The notes under the pieces: generated by a model | Databases searched by the model: none | What the model was told of the DNA's origin: nothing | Seen by the model: only the letters and a program-made list of their open reading frames with translations | Part shown: positions 7,558 through 17,421 of the stretch, piece after piece | How positions within the stretch are numbered: the stretch's first letter is position 1 | How the letters are laid out: each line of letters opens with the position of its first letter | Source: Thermodesulfobacteriota bacterium | Lineage (GTDB): Bacteria > Desulfobacterota > Binatia > Bin18 | NCBI GenBank assembly: GCA_964291405.2 | Contig: OZ219926.1 | Span: 4,480,001 to 4,544,000, forward strand | Length of the DNA stretch: 64,000 nt | Direction: 5' to 3' | Position numbers and translations under genes: made by a program

Positions 7558-9294
7558 ATGCCTGCTCACCTGCTCAATTTTTTCATTTTTTCCGGTGCCC
7601 TGATTCTCTCCTGGGTGGTCGGCGCGGTTGTGCCGCCGACCTGGACGGTGAGCCAGGCCGTGTTGGATGTCCATACGGCCAGCGACGGGCGTTTGTACTA
7701 TATCGCCCGGAACGAGCCCGTGTATTTCGAGGCGGTTCCCATTGAGGATGCAGAACTCAACCCGGAGCGGGTTGACGGCTCGAACGTAGCGCCAGCGGTA
7801 ACGGAGGAGTTTGCTGTGGCCACCGTCACGCGCGACGGACAAGACACGCACGTTTATTACCGGCTCACCGCCCAGTATCACTGGGGCTATTGGTCGTTGT
7901 TGCCGGCTGTTGTCGCGGTGCTACTGTGTTGGGTCACCAGAGAACCTGTTCCCGCTCTGCTGGGCGGCATCGTCTCCGGCGCGTTGATTCTGGGCCAGTA
8001 CGACCTGACGGGCCAGGTGCTGATTCCCGCCCTGGCCACGACCAATGCGGCCGGCATTCTGTTGCTGTATTTGTGGCTGCTCGGGGGGCTCATGGGGATC
8101 TGGTCGCGGACCGGAGCGGCCCAGGCTTTCGCCGAATTCATGACCGTGCGTTTCGTGCGTGGCCCAAAGACCGCCAAGCTGGTGGCCTGGATGCTGGGCG
8201 TTATCTTTTTTCAGGGCGGAACTATGAGCACGGTGCTGGTCGGCACCACGGTCAAGCCGATTGCCGACAAGGAAAATATCAGCCACGAAGAACTGGCCTA
8301 TATTGTCGATTCGACCGCCTCGCCCATTGCCTCACAGCTTGCGTTCAATGCCTGGCCAGGCTATGTGCAGGCGTTCATTTTTGTCTCCGGGGTCGGTTTT
8401 CTGGCGACCGAGGCGGACCGCATCAGCTTTTTCTTTCAGAGCGTTCCGTTTTGTTTCTATGCTATTTTCGCCGTTCTCGGCACGTTTTTGCTCGGTATTG
8501 AAAAGCCTCTTTTCCTTGGCAAGCGACTGGCTGCTGCCATGAATCGCTCCCGCACGACCGGTCAGCTCGACGCGGACGGGGCCGAACCGCTGAGTGCCAA
8601 GGAACTGCAAGCCAGTAATGTGCCCGCGGGCTACACGCCGCACGTGCTGGAGTTCTTCCTGCCGCTGGGTGCGCTGATCGGTATTGCCATCGGCACCTTT
8701 GTTGTCACGGACTCGCCCAATGTACACTGGGCGTTTGGCGCGGCTCTCCTTCTGGCTGTGGGTATGGCGCTGGCCAAGGGTATGGCGCTCAAGGAACTCA
8801 TGGCCGGGTTTCATGATGGTATCCGGGGTGTGGTGCTCGGCTCGGTGATCCTGCTGCTGGCCATCACGATCGGCGGCGTCAACACCCAGACCGGGGGCGC
8901 GGTCTTTCTGGTTGACCAGCTCGGCGAGAGCATTCCCTACTTTCTCCTGCCGGTCCTGCTTCAACTCCTGACCATGATTATTGCCTTTTCCACCGGGACG
9001 AGCTGGGGCACCTATGCGGTGGCGTTTCCGCTGGCCATGCCGCTCGCCTGGGCGATTGCCGGGGCGCACGGTCTCGCCCACCCCGAGCTGTTCATGACGC
9101 TGTGCTTTGCCGCGGTAATGGACGGCAGCGTCTATGGCGACCAGTGCTCGCCGATCTCGGATACCACGGTCCTGAGCGCCATGTGCACCGGTTGCGACCT
9201 GATGGACCACGTCAAGACGCAGATCCCGCAGGCCTCGGTCGCCGCCGTTCTGGCGGCCATCTGCTGGACCGGCATCGCGTTTCTGACCGCGTAA
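7558..9294 (+). CDS. Na+/H+ antiporter NhaC-family transporter
   Basis: ISHEELAYIVDSTASP, FSTGTSWGT, GDQCSPISDTTVLS, HVKTQIP; many TM helices. Confidence 0.88.
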   Translation: MPAHLLNFFIFSGALILSWVVGAVVPPTWTVSQAVLDVHTASDGRLYYIARNEPVYFEAVPIEDAELNPERVDGSNVAPAVTEEFAVATVTRDGQDTHVYYRLTAQYHWGYWSLLPAVVAVLLCWVTREPVPALLGGIVSGALILGQYDLTGQVLIPALATTNAAGILLLYLWLLGGLMGIWSRTGAAQAFAEFMTVRFVRGPKTAKLVAWMLGVIFFQGGTMSTVLVGTTVKPIADKENISHEELAYIVDSTASPIASQLAFNAWPGYVQAFIFVSGVGFLATEADRISFFFQSVPFCFYAIFAVLGTFLLGIEKPLFLGKRLAAAMNRSRTTGQLDADGAEPLSAKELQASNVPAGYTPHVLEFFLPLGALIGIAIGTFVVTDSPNVHWAFGAALLLAVGMALAKGMALKELMAGFHDGIRGVVLGSVILLLAITIGGVNTQTGGAVFLVDQLGESIPYFLLPVLLQLLTMIIAFSTGTSWGTYAVAFPLAMPLAWAIAGAHGLAHPELFMTLCFAAVMDGSVYGDQCSPISDTTVLSAMCTGCDLMDHVKTQIPQASVAAVLAAICWTGIAFLTA

Positions 9295-9382
9295 AGCCCA
9301 GGGAACGTCCAAATTTGTGTCCCTTCCGGCGAAGGGATACAATGTGCCTGTACTATTCTCACGTTTCTATGGGGAGGTTCTG

Positions 9383-10132
9383 ATGTCTTTCTTGCTTCGC
9401 TTTTTCGGTTTTGTGGTACTGCTTCCGTCCCTGGCCCACGCCGCGACGTTAGGGGTTCCCGGCAACGGGACTAAACTCTCAGGTGTCGGAGTCATCTCGG
9501 GCTGGAAGTGTGAGGCCGAGGGAGACCTGACCATCGTCTTCAACGACGACGGGAACCATATTCCCTTGCTGTACGGCACTAGGCGCACCGATGTCCTCAA
9601 CGCAGGTGCCTGTGACAGCGCAGATGTCGGCTTTGTGGCCATCTGGAACTGGGGCAACCTGAGTGATGGGGAGCACACCGCGGTTGCCTACGATAATGGG
9701 GTGCCGTTTGCCGAGAGCACGTTCACGGTGACAACCCCTGGGACGGGTTTTCTGGAAGGGGTGAGCAAGCAGGTGACGGTCGAGGACTTTCCTCATCCCG
9801 GCGATACCACCGTGCTGGAGTGGAATCAGGGCACGCAGCATTTCGAGATCGTGGACTTCATGGAGATGGGTCCGACTGACCTGGGCATGTGTACGGTTGG
9901 GATGACGCTGCATCCGGGAGAGAGTTGTACGGGCACCATCCTCGTTTTCAGCTATACTTTTACCGTGAATGCAGACACACAAGGGTGTATAAGCGGCACC
10001 GGTTTAGATGCAGTTGATGGATGTTACGCAACCCCGGATGTTTTGCCAGACTCAGTGATGGACCTCGGTGTTGATCTTACCAGGAATACAGATGGGAGCT
10101 GGACGATCAACGGCCTGCCGCCCGGTTCATAA
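9383..10132 (+). CDS. Secreted protein, conserved N-domain (SGVGVISGWKCEA) + Cys-rich variable C-domain, paralog 1
   Basis: GGAGG RBS, signal peptide ending AHA, paralogy with two downstream ORFs. Confidence 0.8.
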   Translation: MSFLLRFFGFVVLLPSLAHAATLGVPGNGTKLSGVGVISGWKCEAEGDLTIVFNDDGNHIPLLYGTRRTDVLNAGACDSADVGFVAIWNWGNLSDGEHTAVAYDNGVPFAESTFTVTTPGTGFLEGVSKQVTVEDFPHPGDTTVLEWNQGTQHFEIVDFMEMGPTDLGMCTVGMTLHPGESCTGTILVFSYTFTVNADTQGCISGTGLDAVDGCYATPDVLPDSVMDLGVDLTRNTDGSWTINGLPPGS

Positions 10133-10142
10133 GGAGGTTCTG

Positions 10143-10922
10143 ATGTCTTTTTTCCTGCGACTCTTTGGTTTTGTGGTATTGCTTCCGTCCCTGGCCCACG
10201 CCGCGACGTTAGGGGTTCCCGGCAACGGGACTAAACTCTCAGGTGTCGGAGTCATCTCGGGCTGGAAGTGTGAGGCCGAGGGAGACCTGACCATCGTCTT
10301 CAACGACGACGGGAACCATATTCCCTTGCTGTACGGCACTAGGCGCACCGATGTCCTCAACGCAGGTGCCTGTGACAGCGCAGATGTCGGCTTTGTGGCT
10401 ATCTGGAACTGGGGCAACCTGAGTGATGGGGAGCACATCGCTATAGCCTATGACGACGGCGTAGAGTTTGCGCGGAGTACGTTCACGGTCACGACCCCCG
10501 GGACGGACTTCCTCAGAGGAGTGAGCAAGCGGGTTACCGTCGATGATTTTCCCCATCCCGGCGATACCACCGTGCTGGAGTGGAATCAGGGCACGCAGCA
10601 TTTCGAGATCGTGGACTTCATGGGGAGTGGGCCCTTTGAGTGTATGGAGGGATTGACTCTACATCCGGGAGAGATGTGCATGGGCTCTCTAATGGTCTTC
10701 GGGCATGAGGTTAGCTTCAGTTTTGCTGTGAATGCTGACGGACAGGGATGTGTTGAGGTTGATCTTCCTCCCAATTTTCCGGCGGATATAGGAGAAATTC
10801 CTTGCTTTAATACCGGTCAGGAATTTGAGAATTTCCTCGAAGGTTTCCAAATTTCCGGTGCCTCTATCACCAGGAATGCCGACGACAGTTGGACGATTAA
10901 CAGCTTCCCGACCGACCTATGA
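10143..10922 (+). CDS. Secreted protein, paralog 2
   Basis: AAGGAGG RBS; 5' region nearly identical in DNA to paralog 1 (offset 760 bp). Confidence 0.8.
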   Translation: MSFFLRLFGFVVLLPSLAHAATLGVPGNGTKLSGVGVISGWKCEAEGDLTIVFNDDGNHIPLLYGTRRTDVLNAGACDSADVGFVAIWNWGNLSDGEHIAIAYDDGVEFARSTFTVTTPGTDFLRGVSKRVTVDDFPHPGDTTVLEWNQGTQHFEIVDFMGSGPFECMEGLTLHPGEMCMGSLMVFGHEVSFSFAVNADGQGCVEVDLPPNFPADIGEIPCFNTGQEFENFLEGFQISGASITRNADDSWTINSFPTDL

Positions 10923-10926
10923 GAAG

Positions 10927-11985
10927 ATGCTGACGTCTTTCCTGCTCCACCTTTGCCTTGGGCTCACGGTCCTGGTTCCGTCCCTGGTGCACGCCCAACC
11001 CACCGGTGTCCTTGAGATTCCCGGCAACGGGACCACCGTGTCGGGCGTCGGGATAATCGCGGGCTGGAAGTGTGAGGCCGGGGACATCACCATCAGACTC
11101 AACGATGGAGACCCTATTCCCGCGACGTATGGGTTGCCCCGTGCAGATACCAGCGGGGTCTGCGACAATGATGGGAATAATGGATTTTTCAGCTACACGA
11201 ACTGGGGCAACCTTGGCGATGGAGAACACATGGCCGTCGCTTACGATGATGGTGAGGAGTTTGCTCGAAGCACGTTCATGGTGACAACCCTTGGGACGGA
11301 GTTTCTGACAGGAGCGAACACCCAGGTCAGTATCCCGGATTTCCCCATGCCGGGTGAGACCACGACCTTTCAGTGGAATGAGGCGACGCAGCATCTGGAG
11401 GCAGTCGCGCGGGACCCGGCATGTAGAGAGACGCTCACGATGAAGCCGGGAGAGACGTGCCGTGGCTCCATCCCTCTTGAGCTTGATACCTCCCGCCTGG
11501 GTGAGATCAACACCGGCTTTACTTTTTCTGTTGAGGCTGAGGGCCGGGGGTGCATAAGCATCAGCGGCATTCCTGCCCTCAATTATTGCTATTCGGCCAG
11601 TCTGCCGGATGTTCTGGATGATATCGAGATTTCTGTCATCAGGAATCCGGATGGGAGTTGGACCATTGATGACTTCCCGCTTGTTAATCTTGGGGAGTGC
11701 GTGATTGACTTAACGGTGAAGCCGGGAGCGAAGTGCAGTGGCTCCATAGACCTTCCCATTGGCGAGCTTGACTTCGCTTTTTCTGTTGAAGCCGACGGGG
11801 AGGCGTGTATCGAGGCCGAGGTGGATTTGGATGTCCCTCTCGTGGATGGTAAGGAAATCGAGGCGTGCTTTGATACGCGTGAGGATTTCCAAAAGATTCT
11901 TGACAAGATCGACGATGTTATCGAAATCGGCGCTTTTGCTGCCAAGAACGTCGATGGAAGTTGGACTATTCTCGACTTCCTGTAG
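10927..11985 (+). CDS. Secreted protein, paralog 3 (two copies of the Cys-rich C-domain)
   Basis: Signal peptide; SGVGIIAGWKCEA; C..LT.KPG..C.GSI...DGSWTI repeated twice. Confidence 0.8.
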   Translation: MLTSFLLHLCLGLTVLVPSLVHAQPTGVLEIPGNGTTVSGVGIIAGWKCEAGDITIRLNDGDPIPATYGLPRADTSGVCDNDGNNGFFSYTNWGNLGDGEHMAVAYDDGEEFARSTFMVTTLGTEFLTGANTQVSIPDFPMPGETTTFQWNEATQHLEAVARDPACRETLTMKPGETCRGSIPLELDTSRLGEINTGFTFSVEAEGRGCISISGIPALNYCYSASLPDVLDDIEISVIRNPDGSWTIDDFPLVNLGECVIDLTVKPGAKCSGSIDLPIGELDFAFSVEADGEACIEAEVDLDVPLVDGKEIEACFDTREDFQKILDKIDDVIEIGAFAAKNVDGSWTILDFL

Positions 11986-12015
11986 GTGCATTCCCCTGTA
12001 GCCGGTCTCTGAACC

Positions 12016-13161
12016 TCATGGCTCGGGTGCCGGCCGCTCACCAAGAGCCACGAGCAGTTCCTGGCGGACATCGGCGTCCTGTTCGCGATCCAGGGCGGTC
12101 TTGAGACTGGTCGTGTGCGCCAGGCGGCCCAGCGCCCAGGCCGTGTGGCCTCGGATCAGGGGTTCGGGGTCGTGGAGTGCTGCTCGCAGCGGGCCGACCG
12201 CCTCCTGATTGTCGCTATTGCCCAGGGCGACAGCGACATTGCGCAGCAAACCGCGGCGCTTGGTGCGCCATACCGCGGAGCGCCGGAAACGGGCCCGAAA
12301 GCCGTCTTCGTCCAGCCGTAACAGTTCAGGGAGAGATGGAAACAACTCGTCCACCAGGTCGTGGCGGGGCTGGCTGAACTTGGTATTCCAGGGGCAGACT
12401 TCCTGGCAGATGTCGCAGCCGAAAATCCAGTTGCCGAGCTTGGGGCGCAGCACGTGCGGAATCGGCCCGCGATGCTCAATCGTTAAGTAGGAAATACACA
12501 GGGGCGATTTGAGGACATAGCCCGTTGCCAGGGCGTCGGTCGGACAATCATCAAGGCAGCGCGTACAGCTACCGCAATGGTCGCTCGGCATGCCTTCGCC
12601 CTCAAGGTCGAGACTGATAAGAATCTCGGCCAGAAAAAACCACGAGCCCATGGCTTTATGCAGCAGCATGGTGTTTTTGCCGAACCAGCCCAGGCCGCTG
12701 CGGTACGCCCAGTCGCGCTCCAGTAGCGGGCCAGTGTCCACATACGGCCGAGCCCAAATCCCCGGCCGTTGGTCTTTCAGAAAGGCAACAAACTGTTTCA
12801 GCTTTTTTGTAATGACATCGTGATAATCCGCTCCAGCCGCATAGGCGGCCATGCGGCCACGCAGCTCGTGTTGCCAATTCACCTCGGGCAGCACGGGCGG
12901 AGAGTAGGGGAATCCCAGGCAAATGACGCTGCGAGCTTGCGGAAACGGAATCTGCGGATCAATGCGTCGTTGGGGTTCCCTGGCTAAATACTGCATCTCT
13001 CCGGCAAAGCCCTGGGCCAGCCAGTCGCTGAAGAACGACGCGCGTGGCAGCACCGACAGGCGCGTGAAACCACACAGGGTAAAGCCGAGTCTGGCCGCCT
13101 CGGTCCGGATTGCATTTTCGAGAGACACGACTTTGTGGTAGCATACACGCATCCGGGTCAA
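12016..13161 (-). CDS. queG: Epoxyqueuosine reductase QueG
   Basis: YVDTGPLLER, CGSCTRCLDDCPT, CISYLTIE, FGCDICQEVCPWN; C-terminal HEAT repeat; exact start uncertain. Confidence 0.95.
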   Translation of the reverse strand: MTRMRVCYHKVVSLENAIRTEAARLGFTLCGFTRLSVLPRASFFSDWLAQGFAGEMQYLAREPQRRIDPQIPFPQARSVICLGFPYSPPVLPEVNWQHELRGRMAAYAAGADYHDVITKKLKQFVAFLKDQRPGIWARPYVDTGPLLERDWAYRSGLGWFGKNTMLLHKAMGSWFFLAEILISLDLEGEGMPSDHCGSCTRCLDDCPTDALATGYVLKSPLCISYLTIEHRGPIPHVLRPKLGNWIFGCDICQEVCPWNTKFSQPRHDLVDELFPSLPELLRLDEDGFRARFRRSAVWRTKRRGLLRNVAVALGNSDNQEAVGPLRAALHDPEPLIRGHTAWALGRLAHTTSLKTALDREQDADVRQELLVALGERPAPEP

Positions 13162-13175
13162 AACGGGTAGAGGGA

Positions 13176-13208
13176 TTGACGCGGGGCAAGATAGACCTTA
13201 TCTATCTT
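13176..13208 (+). promoter_or_regulatory. Promoter with perfect 8-bp inverted-repeat operator upstream of the Fe-S carrier gene
   Basis: TTGACG at 13176-13181; AAGATAGA-cctta-TCTATCTT at 13188-13208 overlapping the -10 region. Confidence 0.5.
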
Positions 13209-13224
13209 CTTTGAGGAGGCCGGT

Positions 13225-13626
13225 ATGGACAATCTGGATCAAGAGACACAACTCCAATCCAACGATACCCCGCAGGAGGCGGCTCCCACAGCTGATGGGC
13301 CGGCCCTGTCGCTGTCTGATTTGGCAGTAGAAAAAGTGAAAGAAACCATGCTCAAGGAAGGCATGCAGGAGGGCGGGTTGCGGGTCTCGGTGGTCGGCGG
13401 GGGCTGTTCCGGCTTCCAGTATAGCCTTGGTCTCGATGCTGCTGCGCGGGACGATGATATTGTGGTCGAACAGGGTGGCGTCAAACTGTTCGTTGATCCC
13501 ATCAGCCACCAATACGTGCATGGCACCATGCTCGATTATGTCAACGGACTGCATGGGGCGGGCTTCAAGTTCGTCAACCCGAATGCGACCCGGACCTGCG
13601 GCTGCGGCTCGTCGTTCGCCGTCTAA
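13225..13626 (+). CDS. A-type Fe-S cluster insertion protein (ErpA/IscA/HesB family)
   Basis: GGGCSGFQY and NPNATRTCGCGSSF. Confidence 0.95.
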   Translation: MDNLDQETQLQSNDTPQEAAPTADGPALSLSDLAVEKVKETMLKEGMQEGGLRVSVVGGGCSGFQYSLGLDAAARDDDIVVEQGGVKLFVDPISHQYVHGTMLDYVNGLHGAGFKFVNPNATRTCGCGSSFAV

Positions 13627-13655
13627 GTCTCTCTTCCCCAACTGAAGAAATACCG

Positions 13656-13683
13656 AAGGGCCTGGAACTCTCCAGGCCCTTTT
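13656..13683 (+). terminator. Rho-independent terminator
   Basis: aagggcctgga-actc-tccaggccctt followed by T run. Confidence 0.65.
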
Positions 13684-13690
13684 GCTTTCC

Positions 13691-14356
13691 ATGCCCCGCT
13701 TCGCGCATCTCATTTTCGACCTGGATGGAACCCTGGTTGATACCAAGGCCGACCTGGCTGCGGCAACCAATCATATGTTGCGGGAGTTGGGCCTTCCGCT
13801 GCTGTCCGTCTCCCAAGTTGAGAGCTTTATCGGGCTTGGCGCGCGTGTGCTGATCGAACGGGCGCTGGGCCAAGAGCGGGCTGATCTGGTTGCGGACGGC
13901 TTCGCGCTCTTCATGGACTATTACGATGCCCATCTGCTCGATCGGACCAGACCCTATCCAGGCATGGAAACATTGCTTACGGCCGCCCGCGCCCAGGGGA
14001 TGAGCTTGTCTGTGTTGACGAATAAGCCGGAACAGCCAACCCGAGCAATTCTGTCGGGCCTCGGTTTGTCGAATTATTTTAGCGCCATCATTGGGGGCGA
14101 TACCCTCCCGAAGCGAAAACCCGACCCGCAAGGGGTTTTCGTGTTGCAGCAAGCGGTTGGCCACGCCCTGACCGAGACGCTACTGATCGGCGACTCTGAG
14201 ATTGACATGCGTACGGGCCGGGCCGCGGGTATTGCCACCTGTGGGGTGACGTGGGGATTTGGACACGCGGGTTTTGAGACCTGCCCACCCACGTTTCTGG
14301 TTGAAACGGTACCGGCACTTCAGCAGATAGCTGTGGGTCGGTCGCTACCCTCCTAA
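13691..14356 (+). CDS. gph: HAD-family hydrolase, phosphoglycolate phosphatase-like
   Basis: IFDLDGTLVDT, VLTNKP, KPDP, IGDSEID. Confidence 0.8.
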   Translation: MPRFAHLIFDLDGTLVDTKADLAAATNHMLRELGLPLLSVSQVESFIGLGARVLIERALGQERADLVADGFALFMDYYDAHLLDRTRPYPGMETLLTAARAQGMSLSVLTNKPEQPTRAILSGLGLSNYFSAIIGGDTLPKRKPDPQGVFVLQQAVGHALTETLLIGDSEIDMRTGRAAGIATCGVTWGFGHAGFETCPPTFLVETVPALQQIAVGRSLPS

Positions 14357-15217
14357 CGGTCCGCGCAGCCGCTCGGCCATGCGGACCGCTTCAACGGTCT
14401 CTCTGACATCATGGGCGCGGATGATGTGGGCCCCGTTGACCACCGCAATGGTGGCACAGGTCAGCGAGCCAATGAGACGATCCTGGACGTTGGGCTGATC
14501 CAGAATTTTCCCAATAAAAGATTTGCGCGAGGCTCCGACGAGGAGGGGAAATCCTAACGGCCGCAGGTCTGCCAGCGCCCGTAGGACCAGGCAATCCCAC
14601 TCATCCCAGGCGATCCCCGGCTTACGAAAAAATCCAATCCCAGGGTCGAGCACGATCCGCTGCGCTGGAATGCCGGCTTGCTCCGCACGCGCCAAGCTGT
14701 CCCGCAGAGCGTTTTGGATGCGCTCCAAAGGCGGTCCACTTTGAGGGCGCTGTTCACTCGCCATCAGAATCGCGCCGGCTCCAGAATGGGCAATCAGCGC
14801 AGCCATAGCCGGATCATTCTTCAAACCACTGACATCGTTGATAATCCGAGCGCCCACTCGCAGGGCGGTCTGGGCCGGCTGGGCTCGCTGGGTATCGGCC
14901 GAGATTGGAATTGAAACGACCGCAGCAGTGGCTTCAACCGCCTGGGCTAAACGTTCGGTTTCTTCCGCAACGGAAATATCAGTTTTCAAGTATGGGGCGG
15001 TGGACATCGCCCCAATATCAATGATATCAGCTCCTTCACCTGCCAGTGCATGCGCCGTTTCCGCTATCTGCTCACGATTGGTCTGGACTGAGCCTGGGTA
15101 AAAGGACTCAGGGCTGACGTTCAGAACGGCCATAATCCGGACCGGCAGTGTGTCGCCGACCGGGATGCCTGCCAATTGTGCAGAGAGGGAGGGGGGGACG
15201 TGGCTCATGAGGGGCAT
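14345..15217 (-). CDS. folP: Dihydropteroate synthase
   Basis: IMAVLNVSPESF, IINDVSG, LDPGIGF, GASRKSFIG, IIRAHDV. Confidence 0.93.
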   Translation of the reverse strand: MPLMSHVPPSLSAQLAGIPVGDTLPVRIMAVLNVSPESFYPGSVQTNREQIAETAHALAGEGADIIDIGAMSTAPYLKTDISVAEETERLAQAVEATAAVVSIPISADTQRAQPAQTALRVGARIINDVSGLKNDPAMAALIAHSGAGAILMASEQRPQSGPPLERIQNALRDSLARAEQAGIPAQRIVLDPGIGFFRKPGIAWDEWDCLVLRALADLRPLGFPLLVGASRKSFIGKILDQPNVQDRLIGSLTCATIAVVNGAHIIRAHDVRETVEAVRMAERLRGPLGG

Positions 15218-15344
15218 GCTATACCGTTACTGAGCAGAAGTTGAGACCGGCCTGGGGGAGAGACGGCGGAGAGCGGCATTTTTGGTTTGCGGGCTCCTGC
15301 ATTTTTCACTACACTACCCTGGCGTGAGATAGGAGAATAAAACT

Positions 15345-15962
15345 ATGAAATTGTACGACTTCCCCCTCAGCCCCTACTGCCAGAAAGTCCGCCTCGTACT
15401 GGCTGAAAAAGAGTTATCGTACGATAAGGTCTTTGTTGATCTGACGAAGAGGGAACAGCGCAGTCCCGAATTTCTCCGGTTAAATCCGTACGGGAAGGTG
15501 CCGGTCCTGATCGATGACGAAGAAGTCATTTACGACTCGACGTTTATTAACGAATATCTTGATGATGAATACCCGCATCCTCCCCTGCGCCCTGAGCCTT
15601 CCGGAGACCGGGCTCGGGTGCGGATGTTTGAAGACTTTGCCGACACGTCCTTTACGGCGCAGTGTGGATTGCTGTACGCCGAGTTGCGGAAACCTGAAGA
15701 GCAAATCGACCAGGAGCGTGTGCAGCACTACCAGGGAGACCTCATTCGCGTACTCGAATTTCTTGACCGGCATTTGAACGGCAAAGAATATCTGGTTGAC
15801 GAATTTTCATTAGCCGACCTCGCGTTTACCCCTCGGCTGTTGATTCTGTCGCAGCTCGGGGTTGAACTCCCGTCTCGGCTCAGACATGTTTCGGCTTGGA
15901 TTAAGCGTTTATCCCAGCGTCCGTGCGTGGAACAGTTGTTGAAGGAACTCAACATGGCGTAG
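15345..15962 (+). CDS. Glutathione S-transferase family protein
   Basis: SPYCQKVR, LNPYGKVPVL, DSTFINEYLD, FSLADLA. Confidence 0.92.
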   Translation: MKLYDFPLSPYCQKVRLVLAEKELSYDKVFVDLTKREQRSPEFLRLNPYGKVPVLIDDEEVIYDSTFINEYLDDEYPHPPLRPEPSGDRARVRMFEDFADTSFTAQCGLLYAELRKPEEQIDQERVQHYQGDLIRVLEFLDRHLNGKEYLVDEFSLADLAFTPRLLILSQLGVELPSRLRHVSAWIKRLSQRPCVEQLLKELNMA

Positions 15963-16042
15963 CCTGTCCGATATGGGCCTGGAGTGGGGAAATCCTGCCA
16001 ACTCGGGTAGTGTGTATCCCAAGTGAGGAAAGCGAGCCTGCT

Positions 16043-16690
16043 GTGTCTGAACTGCCTGATATTATTCCGGTTTTTCCTTTGCCGAACGTGGTCCTGTTCC
16101 CACGTGTCCAGCTTCCGTTGCATATCTTTGAGCCGCGCTACCGTGCCATGGTGCGGGATGTCATGGAGGCAGATCCGCCGCTTATCGGTATGGCCCTGCT
16201 CCGGGGTGACTGGCAAGAGCAGTATGAGGGCAATCCCCAAGTGTTCCCGGTCGGCTGTGTGGGGAAGGTGGTGAAGACCGTGCCACTCCCGGACGGACGG
16301 TTTAATATTCTCCTACAGGGGCTGCGGGAATACCGCATTCAGGAAGAATTCCACGATAAGAGCTATCGTCGGGCGCGGGTAGAATGGCTCCCGCAGAGAA
16401 ACCAGACGCTTGAGCCTGCGCAACGTGAGGCCATCGGCCGCCTGTTAGCGTCCTATTTGCAGAAGGATGAGGTTGTGCAGAAATTCTTGGCAGACCCCAA
16501 TATCAACGACGAACTCTTCATTAATTTCTTTGCCTTTCAGCTCGATCTCCTGCCTATCGAGAAGCAAAGCCTGCTGGATGCCGCAACGCTCGACGAACGG
16601 GCGACCTGCCTACGGGATATTCTTGACTTCAAGTTGTCAGAAAGTCGCTTGCCCGAAGGCGGGGGCGGGAGAAAAGATCGTCTCCACTAA
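16043..16690 (+). CDS. LON peptidase substrate-binding domain protein
   Basis: IPVFPLPNVVLFP...LPLHIFEPRYRAM, LPDGRFNILLQG; GTG start inferred. Confidence 0.88.
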   Translation: MSELPDIIPVFPLPNVVLFPRVQLPLHIFEPRYRAMVRDVMEADPPLIGMALLRGDWQEQYEGNPQVFPVGCVGKVVKTVPLPDGRFNILLQGLREYRIQEEFHDKSYRRARVEWLPQRNQTLEPAQREAIGRLLASYLQKDEVVQKFLADPNINDELFINFFAFQLDLLPIEKQSLLDAATLDERATCLRDILDFKLSESRLPEGGGGRKDRLH

Positions 16691-16790
16691 AAACTGCCTT
16701 GACAAACACCGGTCCCCTCATAATAGTGAAGTGCGGTATGTGTATAGTGTAGTGGTGAGTTTACTATTATACGGAGGTAGCTAGGACCCC

Positions 16791-17399
16791 ATGAAACGTA
16801 AAGAAGAGATGACGTGGTGGGAGCGGCTGTATATCCCGGAAATCGTGCGTGGTCTTGTTGTCACCATGTCCCACTTCTGGCGGAATCTGGCCCTGCATAT
16901 GCTGCACGCGCTTGGCTTTGCCAAAGGGACGCGCGCCGCGTATACGGTCCAATATCCGGAAGAGCGCAAGCGTTACCCGGACGTCTACCGCGGAAGTCAC
17001 CGTTTGACGCTCAAAGAAGACGGCTCGGTCCGCTGTACTTCATGCTTTCTGTGCGCAACGGCCTGCCCGGCCAACTGTATTCATATCGAGGCCGGGGAAC
17101 ATCCCGACCCCGACGTGGAAAAATTTCCGTTGCGCTATGAAATCGATACCCTGCGCTGCATTTACTGCGGGATGTGCGTCGAAGCCTGTCCGTGTGACGC
17201 GATCCGGATGGATACCTACGTGCATCCGCGTATCTGGGGCTATGACCGCCAGGATTTTATCGAATCCAAAGAAGTCCTTATGAATCGTTCCCGCACCCTG
17301 GCGACGGGTGGACGGGATTCCATTATGACTGAAATGCTGGAGAGTTATCAGGAAGCAGAGCAGAGAGTGGCCAGGGATATTGGCGCTCCCGGAGCCTGA
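16791..17399 (+). CDS. nuoI: NADH-quinone oxidoreductase subunit I (2x[4Fe-4S])
   Basis: TVQYPEE, YRGSHRL, CTSCFLCATACP, CIYCGMCVEACPCDAI. Confidence 0.9.
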   Translation: MKRKEEMTWWERLYIPEIVRGLVVTMSHFWRNLALHMLHALGFAKGTRAAYTVQYPEERKRYPDVYRGSHRLTLKEDGSVRCTSCFLCATACPANCIHIEAGEHPDPDVEKFPLRYEIDTLRCIYCGMCVEACPCDAIRMDTYVHPRIWGYDRQDFIESKEVLMNRSRTLATGGRDSIMTEMLESYQEAEQRVARDIGAPGA

Positions 17400-17421
17400 G
17401 GCTCTCCCGCGGAGGCAGACT

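Noticed and set aside
8332-9342. 336-aa antisense ORF (likewise 33015-34100, 28464-29294, 56797-57720 and many others)
   Set aside because: Shadow ORFs expected opposite real genes in high-GC DNA.
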